A stretch of 64,000 bases of DNA from a virus. The notes under the pieces were generated by a model. That model was not told the DNA's origin. It saw only the letters and a program-made list of their open reading frames with translations, and did not search any database. The position numbers and the translations under genes were made by a program. The stretch spans positions 8,214-72,213 of the IMG/VR virus record IMGVR_UViG_3300026292_000623, one strand, 5' to 3'. Below, one piece after another: positions 9,848-19,526 of this stretch (positions are counted from its first letter, which is position 1; every line of letters begins with the position of its first letter).

Positions 9848-11239
9848 TTAATTCATACATTTTGGCTCAAATCCAAAGTTTCTGTCTACAAAATAAGCTG
9901 ATTTTTTAGATTTCCACATTCCATCATCTGCAACTATAGTATGATCTCTATCTGTATAATTCTCAATTAACCAGTCTAATGATATAGCCATTTGGTGTGT
10001 ATGATATGCTGAATCACCTTCATCTGTTGTCATATTTCCTGCCTTAACTGAATCTTTACGTTTTCTATACTTTTTAACATCTGTAAGACCTAAGTTAAGT
10101 ACATCTACAGTTTTATCTATTTTTTTCTTTAATTTTTTTGGAAATTTATAACCCCATAGTTCAGCTATAGCATAAATTCCTAGCAAATTGTTTACACCTT
10201 TTGAATGATACCATACATCTCTAACACCTCTAAAACTATTATTATGAATATATCCATCATTGTATATAATACTATCAGCTTTAGCAACTACTTTGTCAAA
10301 CCATTTTGTTGCTTCTTCTGGTTTATCTTTCCAGGCTAGATATGACAATACAGAAACAGTTCCATCTGCCATTTGGTAAAAACCTCTTGATCCACTTGCT
10401 AATTCTTTTGTAGCCCAAGGTTTAACATAGTCTTTCCATAGTGCATCAATATACTTGTCAACAATTTTAAATTGTTCGTCAGTAAATTGATCTTTCATCA
10501 AATATGCTTGTTGCATATATTGACCTCCAAATATTTGGACTTCTTGTGGTTTATGTGAAGCACAAGGAGCATCTCCCTTACCTTTTCCTCCACCATAACA
10601 ACTTTTAATTTTACCTTGTTTTTTCATCTCGCTGATTTCTGCGTCAGTCCACGTATTTAACATTACACCGGCTTTTGCCCAAGCTACCATAACTTCTGCA
10701 ATAATTGGACCGTGTTCTTCCATTTTGTTGTTTACTATTGCATAAACAATAGTTCCGTGTAATAGTGCCATTCTATTAGAATGTTTTTCGTGATTAACAC
10801 TTACACTATCTGATCTTGAAGTATGATCTTTATTCCAATCATATTCAACAAGTTCCATTAAATGATCTAGATTATTTCCTTGAAGCTCAGGATTTCTTGC
10901 ATTGCTCACGTGTGTTATAGCAAGATCCATTTCCCAATATGTTTTGCCCCAACTTCCATAACCGTGAACACCTTCTAATGAACAAGTGTCTTTTGTAAGT
11001 TCATTTGCAAAGAAATATTTTGGAATAACAATATTATTCTTTGATGTTGATGACATTGCTTTAGCTGGTGTACTGCAACCTACTAATGCTAATATAATTA
11101 AAATAAAAAGAATACCTTTGAAAAAAGATACCCAATAGATACCATAGTGAGACATACCCACTCTTTTCCTAAAAGCCTCACAATAAGACTTGTGCCACTT
11201 AATAATTTGATCCATAATATTTTCTCCGTTTATCATCAT
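9848..11239 (-). CDS. Alginate-lyase-like exported lipoprotein
   Basis: Hydrophobic stretch ending in lipobox LVGC; C-terminal helical domain with NNSFRG.RDVWYH resembling alginate-lyase-family proteins. Confidence 0.5.
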   Translation of the reverse strand: MMINGENIMDQIIKWHKSYCEAFRKRVGMSHYGIYWVSFFKGILFILIILALVGCSTPAKAMSSTSKNNIVIPKYFFANELTKDTCSLEGVHGYGSWGKTYWEMDLAITHVSNARNPELQGNNLDHLMELVEYDWNKDHTSRSDSVSVNHEKHSNRMALLHGTIVYAIVNNKMEEHGPIIAEVMVAWAKAGVMLNTWTDAEISEMKKQGKIKSCYGGGKGKGDAPCASHKPQEVQIFGGQYMQQAYLMKDQFTDEQFKIVDKYIDALWKDYVKPWATKELASGSRGFYQMADGTVSVLSYLAWKDKPEEATKWFDKVVAKADSIIYNDGYIHNNSFRGVRDVWYHSKGVNNLLGIYAIAELWGYKFPKKLKKKIDKTVDVLNLGLTDVKKYRKRKDSVKAGNMTTDEGDSAYHTHQMAISLDWLIENYTDRDHTIVADDGMWKSKKSAYFVDRNFGFEPKCMN

Positions 11240-11251
11240 AATAATACGTAT

Positions 11252-11280
11252 ATTATAAGATATCTTGGCTAAAATGTCAA
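11252..11280 (-). promoter_or_regulatory. Consensus sigma70 promoter with palindrome AAGATATCTT
   Basis: TTGACA-17-TATAAT; palindrome 11257-11266. Confidence 0.88.
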
Positions 11281-11287
11281 TGGTTAA

Positions 11288-12523
11288 TTATCGTTGTACT
11301 TTAGCGATTGATTTAACGATTTTTTCGTGGTTGAACTCTTTTAGTGCGATTTTCATTGAAATTATGTCATCTCCACGTTTGATTTTAACATCCCATATAT
11401 CACCTGGAAATGCTTGTAAGGTAAGTCTCATAACGCCAAAACTATTCTCTATTCTTTCGCCGTTTATACTTAATATAATATCACCTTGTAATAGTCCAGC
11501 TAGTTCACCTACTGTTTTTTCTGGTTCTTCTTCACCTTCTTCTATTTCAGGATAATTGATATATGCCATATGTCTTTCATCTTTAGGTATATCTTTAACA
11601 TCTTCTAAATCAAATCTACCTAAACTAAAAGGAAATTCTGCATAAGGAACATATCCTTTAGATGGGTAATGTGGGCTTAATATATAGTTTAATGATCTTA
11701 ATGCTTGAGTTGATGAAATTGCTACTCCTACTCCATCCCAACCAGGAACTCTTCTACCAGGGCTATATATAGCCTGTGCTACACCTACTACTTCGCCTTC
11801 TAAGTTTATAATAGGTCCTCCACTATTACCTTGGTTAATTACTGCGTCAGTTTGTATCATTAATGCATATGGTCTTAAACCGTATCTTTGTGAGTGTGTA
11901 ATATGTCCTTGTGTTGTTGTCCAAGGCATACCCATTCCGTGACCAATAATAACTATAGGATCACCTGTGTTGTAATCATCTCTATCAGCAAACTTTAAAG
12001 GTTTCCATTCTTCATTATCTTTTTTAGTTATTTTTAGTACACCTATATCTGCTACTTGATCCCAACCTACTATTTCAGCATCATAAGACCAATACTCTTC
12101 GGCTGTATTAATTTTAATTTTTACACTTTCGTTATCTATAGCTGAATCAATAACGTGATGATTTGTAACAATGTAACCTTCTGTATCTGTTACTTTAACA
12201 AAAAATCCTGTTCCTCTACCATTAAATGCGGTATTTTCAGGTTGTGCTTCATCAACTACATTAATTATAACAATACGAGTATAATTCTCGTATATTACAA
12301 ATTTCTGACTACGTTCCAGATCAAAATGTTTACCATTTAATAAAACGCCATTAACGTCATATAATACTTCTCCAATGGTTTCATTTTTCTCGTGTAACCA
12401 AAATATTCCATTATGTATTGCTTGTTGGATTGGTCTGTAGTAAGAACTTACTACAACTGCGACAGAGACTACGATAAGTAGTCTGGCTAGATTACCTAGA
12501 GCTTTGTTTACTAGTCTCAACAT
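11288..12523 (-). CDS. HtrA/DegP-like serine protease with PDZ domain
   Basis: GTGF, TNHHV, DIGVLK, IQTDAVINQGNSGGP; GLLQGDIILSING; N-terminal TM segment. Confidence 0.93.
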   Translation of the reverse strand: MLRLVNKALGNLARLLIVVSVAVVVSSYYRPIQQAIHNGIFWLHEKNETIGEVLYDVNGVLLNGKHFDLERSQKFVIYENYTRIVIINVVDEAQPENTAFNGRGTGFFVKVTDTEGYIVTNHHVIDSAIDNESVKIKINTAEEYWSYDAEIVGWDQVADIGVLKITKKDNEEWKPLKFADRDDYNTGDPIVIIGHGMGMPWTTTQGHITHSQRYGLRPYALMIQTDAVINQGNSGGPIINLEGEVVGVAQAIYSPGRRVPGWDGVGVAISSTQALRSLNYILSPHYPSKGYVPYAEFPFSLGRFDLEDVKDIPKDERHMAYINYPEIEEGEEEPEKTVGELAGLLQGDIILSINGERIENSFGVMRLTLQAFPGDIWDVKIKRGDDIISMKIALKEFNHEKIVKSIAKVQR

Positions 12524-12562
12524 AAAGTTTACCTTTTCTATGTATGTATTTACCTTTAAACT

Positions 12563-13315
12563 TTATGTATTAAAGGGCTCTTTTGTCCACTCACTATAAA
12601 GACGATTGCCCCATCTTACGTCTTCGTCATCGGCTGGATGGTCCCAAGCTACTTCGTTAACTGTACATTTAACCTTGCCTGCAATGTCGTTAATGTACTC
12701 TTCAGACCATTTAAAAAAGTCTACCCATTTGGCGTGTTCGTTGTCGTGTGTAATACCTGGATTGCATCTCCAAAATATCTTTCCGCCGGGCTTTGTTAAA
12801 CTAACAACGTTATTGACTTGTCTATCTATTTCTTTTTGATCTCCAAAGTTAATACTTCCTAAGGCTAAAACAATGTCATATTTGTTGTGATGTTCTTTTA
12901 ATTTTGCAAATTCATTAATTCCCATTTTTATATCTGCACCAGGATGATATGGATCTATTCCAATTAATCTGCCACCTAGTTTAGATTTCCATTCGTTATC
13001 TCCGCACCCTACATCTAATATTTTTAATGGTACATCTGGTGATTGATCTTGTAAGGTACTAATATAATCTAATAATTGCTGTCCTGTTCTACGTGTATTC
13101 CATTTTAATTGTTGTACCCAATATGTGCCTTCTTCTTCGGGATTGTCATTAGGACCAAAATATCTTTCTAATATTACTTCATCTAACCAATACTGTAGTC
13201 TCATAAAGTTTTTGAAAAGCTCTGGTTGATTTTCATTATGTTTTGTTATATCTATACCATATCTCATCTCAATAAATTTGGCTAGGTCCTGTAATACTTT
13301 TTTGTTTATTCTCAT
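12563..13315 (-). CDS. Class I SAM-dependent methyltransferase
   Basis: ILDVGCG, GIDP, LGSINFG, KPGG; paralog of 53352..54038. Confidence 0.85.
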   Translation of the reverse strand: MRINKKVLQDLAKFIEMRYGIDITKHNENQPELFKNFMRLQYWLDEVILERYFGPNDNPEEEGTYWVQQLKWNTRRTGQQLLDYISTLQDQSPDVPLKILDVGCGDNEWKSKLGGRLIGIDPYHPGADIKMGINEFAKLKEHHNKYDIVLALGSINFGDQKEIDRQVNNVVSLTKPGGKIFWRCNPGITHDNEHAKWVDFFKWSEEYINDIAGKVKCTVNEVAWDHPADDEDVRWGNRLYSEWTKEPFNT

Positions 13316-14007
13316 TTAAACTCTCTAATTAATGGAAATATTTCTGCAATAACATCTGCACAGGCACGAGCTATTTCCATATGCTCTTTTTGTGTACCAT
13401 TTGCTCCTCGCAATTCTATATAGTGTACCCAACTTCTTAATGTACCATTTACATACAGTCTACTTGAAGTAAGTCCTTCTGGTAGTACTGCTCTAGCTTG
13501 TTCTTTAGCAATACCATTTTCAATAGCCCAATTATATACTTCCTTACAATTATTTATTACTCCGTGTTGTTTTCTTTGCCAATTTGTAATTAGTTCTTGG
13601 TCTTTTACATTTAATTGTAATTCTGGATTGTTTTCAATTTCAATTGAGTTTTGTCTATTAGTAAGATCTTGTTTACGTGTTTCTCTAATCTTAAACTGCA
13701 TACCTTGTTCATTTACATCAGCATAACGTTGACTAAACTCTTGGAAACTAAAACTACGATGCCTTAGTATTTGTCTAGCTATATCTCTGGTTGTTTCAAT
13801 TTCTAAACAAGCACTAACCATTTCTAAAGGTGACCAATGCTTATGTTTAATTAGGTATGATATTAATTTACTGCTAGTCTTCTTATTAATCTGTGCCGTA
13901 GGGTTACTTACTTTGGCACAGAATGCTATAAGGTCTTGAGCATTCTCTAAACCTTCTGCCTCAAAATGTTCTGTTGGCTTACTATAACTGACCAAACGTA
14001 CTTCCAT
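13312..14007 (-). CDS. thyX: Flavin-dependent thymidylate synthase
   Basis: HWSPLE, RHRSFSFQEFSQRY, KEQARAVLP, TQKEH. Confidence 0.97.
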   Translation of the reverse strand: MEVRLVSYSKPTEHFEAEGLENAQDLIAFCAKVSNPTAQINKKTSSKLISYLIKHKHWSPLEMVSACLEIETTRDIARQILRHRSFSFQEFSQRYADVNEQGMQFKIRETRKQDLTNRQNSIEIENNPELQLNVKDQELITNWQRKQHGVINNCKEVYNWAIENGIAKEQARAVLPEGLTSSRLYVNGTLRSWVHYIELRGANGTQKEHMEIARACADVIAEIFPLIREFK

Positions 14008-14011
14008 TTTA

Positions 14012-14464
14012 CTATTCCTCTTCTTCAGTATTTAGTACTTTTATCTTCAAGGTTTTGCCACCACCGTGACTATCTTCTGTTTCTATTTCCATTTGATCAA
14101 TATTAACATCTACATTAAATATACCACTCTCATCAGATATCTGTAAAGTAGATAAGTTACTTAATGTATCATCTTCTTCTAACTTTTCTGCTAACTCTTT
14201 ATATCCACATTCAATACCTACATCGTACATATCTGCACTAAATTTAAATACTTTATATAGTGAATCTCTATAGTTACCATCTTCTTCTATTTCTGCTTTA
14301 TGCATTCTGCTTATTACTGCATAGAATGCTTTTTGTTTATCCTCAAGACTTAAATTATACCACCATTTGGCATTTTCTTTAGGATTTATTTTTACCTTTT
14401 TAACTTTTGTTTCCATCTCTATTTTTTCTAATTGTCTTACAAAACGACTAAATTCAGATTCCAT
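14012..14464 (-). CDS. Hypothetical phage protein
   Basis: 150-aa acidic ORF in operon. Confidence 0.65.
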   Translation of the reverse strand: MESEFSRFVRQLEKIEMETKVKKVKINPKENAKWWYNLSLEDKQKAFYAVISRMHKAEIEEDGNYRDSLYKVFKFSADMYDVGIECGYKELAEKLEEDDTLSNLSTLQISDESGIFNVDVNIDQMEIETEDSHGGGKTLKIKVLNTEEEE

Positions 14465-14481
14465 AAAATTACTTTCGTTAT

Positions 14482-14796
14482 CTAGTGATCATTAAATTTT
14501 TTAATTAATTTAGAAAGATCTAGTTTTGGTTTTTGTACTTCACCAATAGTAACTTTATGTGATACTTTCTTCTTTTTTATTTTAATTAAAAATGCTCCTG
14601 TATTTTTTGGTTGTCTGATAATAGTTTTACAGTTTGTGTTTGAGTGTACCCAAGCAAGTATTTCTTCTGCTATTTTACCGTGTCCTGTAATAATTTCTGT
14701 TTCTTTTATGTCTTTATAATAACAATCAGATATATGTCTGGTAAACTCTTTCCAGGCATCGTGTATTGTATATCCGTGTAAATCTAACTTGATCAT
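14482..14796 (-). CDS. Stand-alone Smr/MutS2 C-terminal domain protein
   Basis: LDLHG, IITGHG, NTGA. Confidence 0.85.
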   Translation of the reverse strand: MIKLDLHGYTIHDAWKEFTRHISDCYYKDIKETEIITGHGKIAEEILAWVHSNTNCKTIIRQPKNTGAFLIKIKKKKVSHKVTIGEVQKPKLDLSKLIKKFNDH

Positions 14797-14999
14797 AACG
14801 ACATCACGAACTCTTTACCACGCCAATTGGCTACATAAAGATTACGTTTTAAATGAACGAAATTTAAGGGGACTCCGTGTAAGGCAGTTTTGATTGAATG
14901 TTGTGTGTTTGATATGTAATCTACTTCGTAAGTTTCGTCATTGTCTGTACATTTGACTTTTATCTTATCTTGTAAATCAAAGTTATTAATCTTTGCCAT
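14793..14999 (-). CDS. Hypothetical protein
   Basis: 68-aa ORF with overlapping start/stop. Confidence 0.6.
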   Translation of the reverse strand: MAKINNFDLQDKIKVKCTDNDETYEVDYISNTQHSIKTALHGVPLNFVHLKRNLYVANWRGKEFVMSL

Positions 15000-15315
15000 C
15001 TAACCAACCTTGGGTTCCTGCTAGTTTAGCAAGAAATGCATCTTTTTCTGTGAATAAAACCATTTTCTTTTTATCTATATAATAAGGATATCTCATTTTT
15101 CTTAATAATTGGATTAAATTTCCTGCACTAAGAGCTGGAGGGTCTACAACCCATTTATCGTATTTCTTACCTAATAGTTTCAAACCTATCTTTGTTAATC
15201 TTAAGGTTTGTGTATTTTTAAAAACTGTTTTGATGGGTATATTTTTGTCGTCAGTAATAAGGTTCAGAATCTTAGTCTGAATCTTTTGCATCTCTACTGA
15301 TTTTTTCTCCATCAA
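14986..15315 (-). CDS. Hypothetical phage protein
   Basis: LRLT.IG, YPYYI, LFTEKDAFLAKL. Confidence 0.65.
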   Translation of the reverse strand: MMEKKSVEMQKIQTKILNLITDDKNIPIKTVFKNTQTLRLTKIGLKLLGKKYDKWVVDPPALSAGNLIQLLRKMRYPYYIDKKKMVLFTEKDAFLAKLAGTQGWLDGKD

Positions 15316-15625
15316 CTAGTTTTACCACACTAAACTTATCTGTATTAAACTTTTTATTCAGCCTATCCGCTAAATTAAAAGCATGACCGCTATTAGAGAA
15401 ACTAACCTTCTTATACTTTGGACCTGGATAATTTACTAACGTATTCATAGTCCTTAGATTAATTGGTTTGTTTTCATAATACACCGCATAAATTGCAACG
15501 GCGTCAAGAATTTGTTCACTATTATATTGCTTATCAACTGAGTCAAGTATAATTGTCGGTTTTGGTCTAGCCATTAAATGTTTCTCCTTATTACTTGTAT
15601 TTACCATACAAGTGAGAAAAAACAT
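15272..15625 (-). CDS. Conserved large-phage hypothetical protein (probable start 15575, MARPKP)
   Basis: AAGGAG RBS, TAAATA box 15598-15603; GPKYKKVSFSNSGHAFNLA. Confidence 0.75.
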   Translation of the reverse strand: MFFLTCMVNTSNKEKHLMARPKPTIILDSVDKQYNSEQILDAVAIYAVYYENKPINLRTMNTLVNYPGPKYKKVSFSNSGHAFNLADRLNKKFNTDKFSVVKLVDGEKISRDAKDSD

Positions 15626-15636
15626 CAGTTAATGGC

Positions 15637-16134
15637 CTATTTTTTGTCGCTTTCGAGTTCTTCTTGCTCTTTTTGTAGCTTGTTTATAACGTCTTCTGTT
15701 GTTTGTAAGCTAGTACCCATTTGTACAATGCAAGTTAAACCTGTGCTTACTTGTACCATTAATACAGTATATTCGCCTGTTAATGGATTCCTAGTAAGTA
15801 TTAAGCCATCAAATGGATCGTTAGGAACGTATCCTGGGTTTTTAAAACCTGACATAACTATCTGTTGACCACGTGCCATTGTATATGCTCTAACATTGCC
15901 CATACTATGACATTGTAAAGCTCTTGTATGTATTGTCCAACCTTGATCATCCCATGGTAACTCTTCTTCAGCAGTACCTTCTTCAACTTTATTATCTTCT
16001 TTTGATTGTTCTGCTTCAGGAGTAGTTAAAATAGGCGGTGAACTATCCAATAAACTATTTGGATTAATTGTTTCTGCTGATAATATACTTGTAGCAAAAA
16101 GCAATATTATCAATGATAGTATATAGTGTCTCAT
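15637..16134 (-). CDS. Exported hypothetical protein
   Basis: Signal peptide; NPLTGEYT...TCIVQMG. Confidence 0.7.
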   Translation of the reverse strand: MRHYILSLIILLFATSILSAETINPNSLLDSSPPILTTPEAEQSKEDNKVEEGTAEEELPWDDQGWTIHTRALQCHSMGNVRAYTMARGQQIVMSGFKNPGYVPNDPFDGLILTRNPLTGEYTVLMVQVSTGLTCIVQMGTSLQTTEDVINKLQKEQEELESDKK

Positions 16135-16586
16135 TCTTTTTTAGCCTTCTTTAAGTTTAAATTCATATCCCACTCTGTGAGATAAGGGCCTCTATGTTCG
16201 TATTTGTCCAATGTTTCTAATTTAGGACAAAATGCGTGTTGCCACCCCATACCATCATATTTTAAAATATAATAGCCTGCAACAAATATTGTTTTTCCAT
16301 CTTTAGCTTTTTTAAATAAAGCTCTAGATTCATCTTCAACTGCAAATAGTACAGGAGTATTTGTTGGAAATCCCTTGTACTCTTGATTTGCATTAGTAGT
16401 CTGTGTTACTACTGTTTCTTTAAAACTATCCAAATTTGGAAGTAATTCTTTTGTGTTATTGTCTTGATTAAAATATTCAAATCCATTGTCAAGTTTTCTT
16501 ACCGTACCTACTTTGCCGTAGCCACTTTCAACTATCCAATACTTGTCTTTGATTATTTGTTTAATCTTTAGCATCTTCAACTTCAA
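16131..16586 (-). CDS. Hypothetical phage protein
   Basis: AGYY...FCPKL...GPY. Confidence 0.7.
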   Translation of the reverse strand: MKLKMLKIKQIIKDKYWIVESGYGKVGTVRKLDNGFEYFNQDNNTKELLPNLDSFKETVVTQTTNANQEYKGFPTNTPVLFAVEDESRALFKKAKDGKTIFVAGYYILKYDGMGWQHAFCPKLETLDKYEHRGPYLTEWDMNLNLKKAKKE

Positions 16587-16884
16587 TAATCCTGTCTATT
16601 CTAAATCCACGCCATCCATTAGCTTTGGTATCCCATACACTTAATACTTCTGGATTAATATTTCTAACTTTCTTTTGACTTAATGGATCTTCTTTTTTAG
16701 CTGGAGGTAATATATTTTCTTGCAATGTGCAAGTCATTTCTCTAAAATCACCATTTAGTTTATTAAACTTTACAACTAGTTTACCTTTTTTTAAACGTTC
16801 TGTTAAGTCTTTTCTAATTGAATCTATTTCTTGTTGTTCCATAATCTTTAGTTTCTCCAGTCTGTTAGTTACAAATTCCATCAT
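16561..16884 (-). CDS. WYL-like/SH3 beta-barrel phage protein
   Basis: VKFNKLNGDFREMTCTL...VWD...GWRGFR. Confidence 0.8.
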   Translation of the reverse strand: MMEFVTNRLEKLKIMEQQEIDSIRKDLTERLKKGKLVVKFNKLNGDFREMTCTLQENILPPAKKEDPLSQKKVRNINPEVLSVWDTKANGWRGFRIDRIIEVEDAKD

Positions 16885-17051
16885 TTTTTATCATTACCCG
16901 GATAGTCTTTCCAAAATTGTGTTATAGGATTATCGGGTTCCAATTCTTCTTTATCATCTTTGTATGTTGCTATTTTAAATGCAATAAAAAATCCTATTAC
17001 AGTAAGTATTATTCCAGCAACTCCCATAAGTATCCCAAAATCAGCTGGCAT
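16881..17051 (-). CDS. Small membrane protein (56 aa, not in ORF track)
   Basis: MPADFGILMGVAGIILTVIGFFIAF...; fills gap, ATGA overlap with next gene. Confidence 0.7.
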   Translation of the reverse strand: MPADFGILMGVAGIILTVIGFFIAFKIATYKDDKEELEPDNPITQFWKDYPGNDKK

Positions 17052-17802
17052 TCATTGCCTTTAAAAGACTCCAAGTAGATTTCCAGCCATCAACTTGATA
17101 GCACTTATCGTTATTATTATTACGTTTAATTATAGCATTTTTAAGAGGTTCGTCGTTACCTCCTGGTTGCATCATATCACCAAAGAAGTATACATCCATA
17201 TCATTAAAGTCTTCTAGTATTTGACTCTTGTCTGCACCTACAGGCATTATGTCTATACCTGTTGCTCCTGCTACTTGAGCACTCACACCAGATTCTAAGA
17301 AACGTCTATTAAACTTCTTACAAATATATTCACGTTCATTATTAATTAAGTCAAAGTCTTCGTATTCTTTTCTGTCTTTAAAATATTGTTCTTGATCTTC
17401 TTTTACAGATTCAGTACCTCTACCTAATATACTAAAATTAACTAAACCAGGTCTTTCATCTATATGAAGTCCTATTCGTTTTTTAAATGGAGATTCTTCT
17501 AACATCTCTTCTAAGAATTCTCTAATTTCAGAATTAATTTCCCAATCGTTTTCACGAAGTGGAGCTCCGCCTTGATATACACTATTTCCACTACATTGAT
17601 AACAACGTTTAACTCCGTGACATATTAAATAATCTAATTGTTCTAATGTTTTTTCATAATTGCTACCTGTTACTATATAGCATTCATGCTTCTCAATAAA
17701 TTCTAAAAAGAACATTTCAAACTCTGGATCAATTTTTTCTCTACTGTCTGTTAATGTTCCGTCTACATCAAATATATATGCTCTAGGCATTTGCACTCCC
17801 AT
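17041..17802 (-). CDS. HAD-IIB hydrolase, eukaryote-type phosphomannomutase-like
   Basis: FDVDGTLT, VTGS, RPGLVNFS, DKSQ, FFGD...GGND. Confidence 0.88.
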   Translation of the reverse strand: MGVQMPRAYIFDVDGTLTDSREKIDPEFEMFFLEFIEKHECYIVTGSNYEKTLEQLDYLICHGVKRCYQCSGNSVYQGGAPLRENDWEINSEIREFLEEMLEESPFKKRIGLHIDERPGLVNFSILGRGTESVKEDQEQYFKDRKEYEDFDLINNEREYICKKFNRRFLESGVSAQVAGATGIDIMPVGADKSQILEDFNDMDVYFFGDMMQPGGNDEPLKNAIIKRNNNNDKCYQVDGWKSTWSLLKAMNAS

Positions 17803-18850
17803 AACTTGAATTTAAATATTGTGAATGATCTTGTGCTTTCTCTGATACTCTTTGCATATCCCACTTGCCACAAAATCTCATAAAATGAATTCCTACTTGC
17901 GACTTTGGTTGCTTCTGCACTTGTTCAACAATAGCTTCATCAAGAACTTTCTTAATATTATCAGGTTGTGCATTAAGATCAATTAACTGTAAATTACGTT
18001 GATAGTCATCAAGTACTCTGTGTTCTACATTTTCATGATCAACCCATCTTTGTAACATAAAGTTATTCCAATTAAAACCTTTTGTATCTTTATCAGCAAA
18101 GGCTTCTTGCATACCTACTTTATTTTTAGTACCTTTTTTACGAGCACCAGGAAATGCACTAAAGATATTATCACTTGTATCTCCACGTATACACTTCTCA
18201 AATAGTAAGTATTCCGGATTGCCTAATTGTTTAGGCTCTTTAGTTTTCTTATCAATAATAGCTTTTCCGTTATCATCAAATATACCATCTGTAGTAATTA
18301 ACTGTCCCATAATACCATTGTATTGTGTTACATTTTCTTTAATAAGCTGATAGAAATCACTATCGCTACTTACTATACAATGTTTGTCATTAGGGTGATT
18401 GTGTATCCAACGTGCTATAAAGTCATCTGCTTCGCACTCTTTACTTTGTAGTACTGTACAATTTGTTTTATCTTTAAAGAAGTTCTGTAGCTCATCAAAC
18501 GCCTCCCAAAACTCTTCATCTTCGGTTTTCTCTTGATCAGTTAAAGCAGATCTTGCTTCAGCTCTGTTACGTTTATAAGGTTCATATGCATCTTTACGCC
18601 AGCTACGTCCTTCTAAACATAATACAACGTGTGTACCTTTTTGTTCACGCCATACTTTGTTAATACTATTAAAAATAATATGATATGACATACCAATTTT
18701 AGTTTTCATATCACTTCCTCTTACAACGTGCCTTGCTCTAAAAAACATATTAGCGGCATCGACTAGAATATAACTCAACATTCTGTTCCTTTTAATTAAA
18801 TTAAACTTCTTCTGCGATTCCTCTGCATAGTGTAGTAAACCATGCATCAA
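17783..18850 (-). CDS. rnh: T4 RNase H-like 5'-3' exonuclease (probable start 18781)
   Basis: LVDAANMFFR, WRK...YKRNR, EADD, SSDSDF, GDTSDNI. Confidence 0.9.
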   Translation of the reverse strand: MMHGLLHYAEESQKKFNLIKRNRMLSYILVDAANMFFRARHVVRGSDMKTKIGMSYHIIFNSINKVWREQKGTHVVLCLEGRSWRKDAYEPYKRNRAEARSALTDQEKTEDEEFWEAFDELQNFFKDKTNCTVLQSKECEADDFIARWIHNHPNDKHCIVSSDSDFYQLIKENVTQYNGIMGQLITTDGIFDDNGKAIIDKKTKEPKQLGNPEYLLFEKCIRGDTSDNIFSAFPGARKKGTKNKVGMQEAFADKDTKGFNWNNFMLQRWVDHENVEHRVLDDYQRNLQLIDLNAQPDNIKKVLDEAIVEQVQKQPKSQVGIHFMRFCGKWDMQRVSEKAQDHSQYLNSSYGSANA

Positions 18851-19076
18851 CTATTTCATTTTCATCTTTACCACTATAGCCTGCATCTTCAAGTTTGGCT
18901 ACAAAGTGTTTATTCCATTCTAATTCAAAGTAGCCGTCGCCTGGATTCTTTTCGTCAAACTTAACGTCTACTACTCTTACAAATGGTTTGCCTTCGGCTG
19001 TTGCTTTTTCTTTGTCAGATAAGATTTGCTTTCTATTTTTATCTCCTGACATCAGATCTTTTAGTTTTTTAAACAT
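18801..19076 (-). CDS. Hypothetical phage protein
   Basis: GYFELEWN.F...AGYSG...IVDAWF. Confidence 0.7.
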   Translation of the reverse strand: MFKKLKDLMSGDKNRKQILSDKEKATAEGKPFVRVVDVKFDEKNPGDGYFELEWNKHFVAKLEDAGYSGKDENEIVDAWFTTLCRGIAEEV

Positions 19077-19079
19077 TTA

Positions 19080-19526
19080 TTATCCTATTAGTTTTGCTAT
19101 TGAATCTTCTGTATATTCCCTAGCACCTTCATCATCGCCATCACACTCAAGCCTATCTGCTATTCGTGTTGCACCAAGTGCTTCCATACGTGCATCTATC
19201 TTTTTACCTGCACCACAGAAATTTGTATGCGAACTATCTCCTAATGCACATACTGCATATTTTGTCTTACTTAAATCAAGTTCTGCTTTTTCTAGTTCAC
19301 TATAAAAGTTATCACCATTAGTAGGTACATCACCTTGTCCTGTGCTACTAGAAACAAATATAACATTTTCCATTGCTTGGAAGTCTTCCATAGAAACATC
19401 ATTCATCTCAAATATTTCTACGCCTTTATCTTTTACTTTTTCGTGAACATCGTTTGCAACATCTTCTGCGGTTCCAAACATAGACGCCCATAATATATTT
19501 ACTTTTACCATCCTATTTTCTCCCAC
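19080..19526 (-). CDS. Short-chain flavodoxin (probable start 19511)
   Basis: ASMFGTAE, SSTGQGDVP, LGDSSH.NFCGAG. Confidence 0.92.
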   Translation of the reverse strand: MGENRMVKVNILWASMFGTAEDVANDVHEKVKDKGVEIFEMNDVSMEDFQAMENVIFVSSSTGQGDVPTNGDNFYSELEKAELDLSKTKYAVCALGDSSHTNFCGAGKKIDARMEALGATRIADRLECDGDDEGAREYTEDSIAKLIG

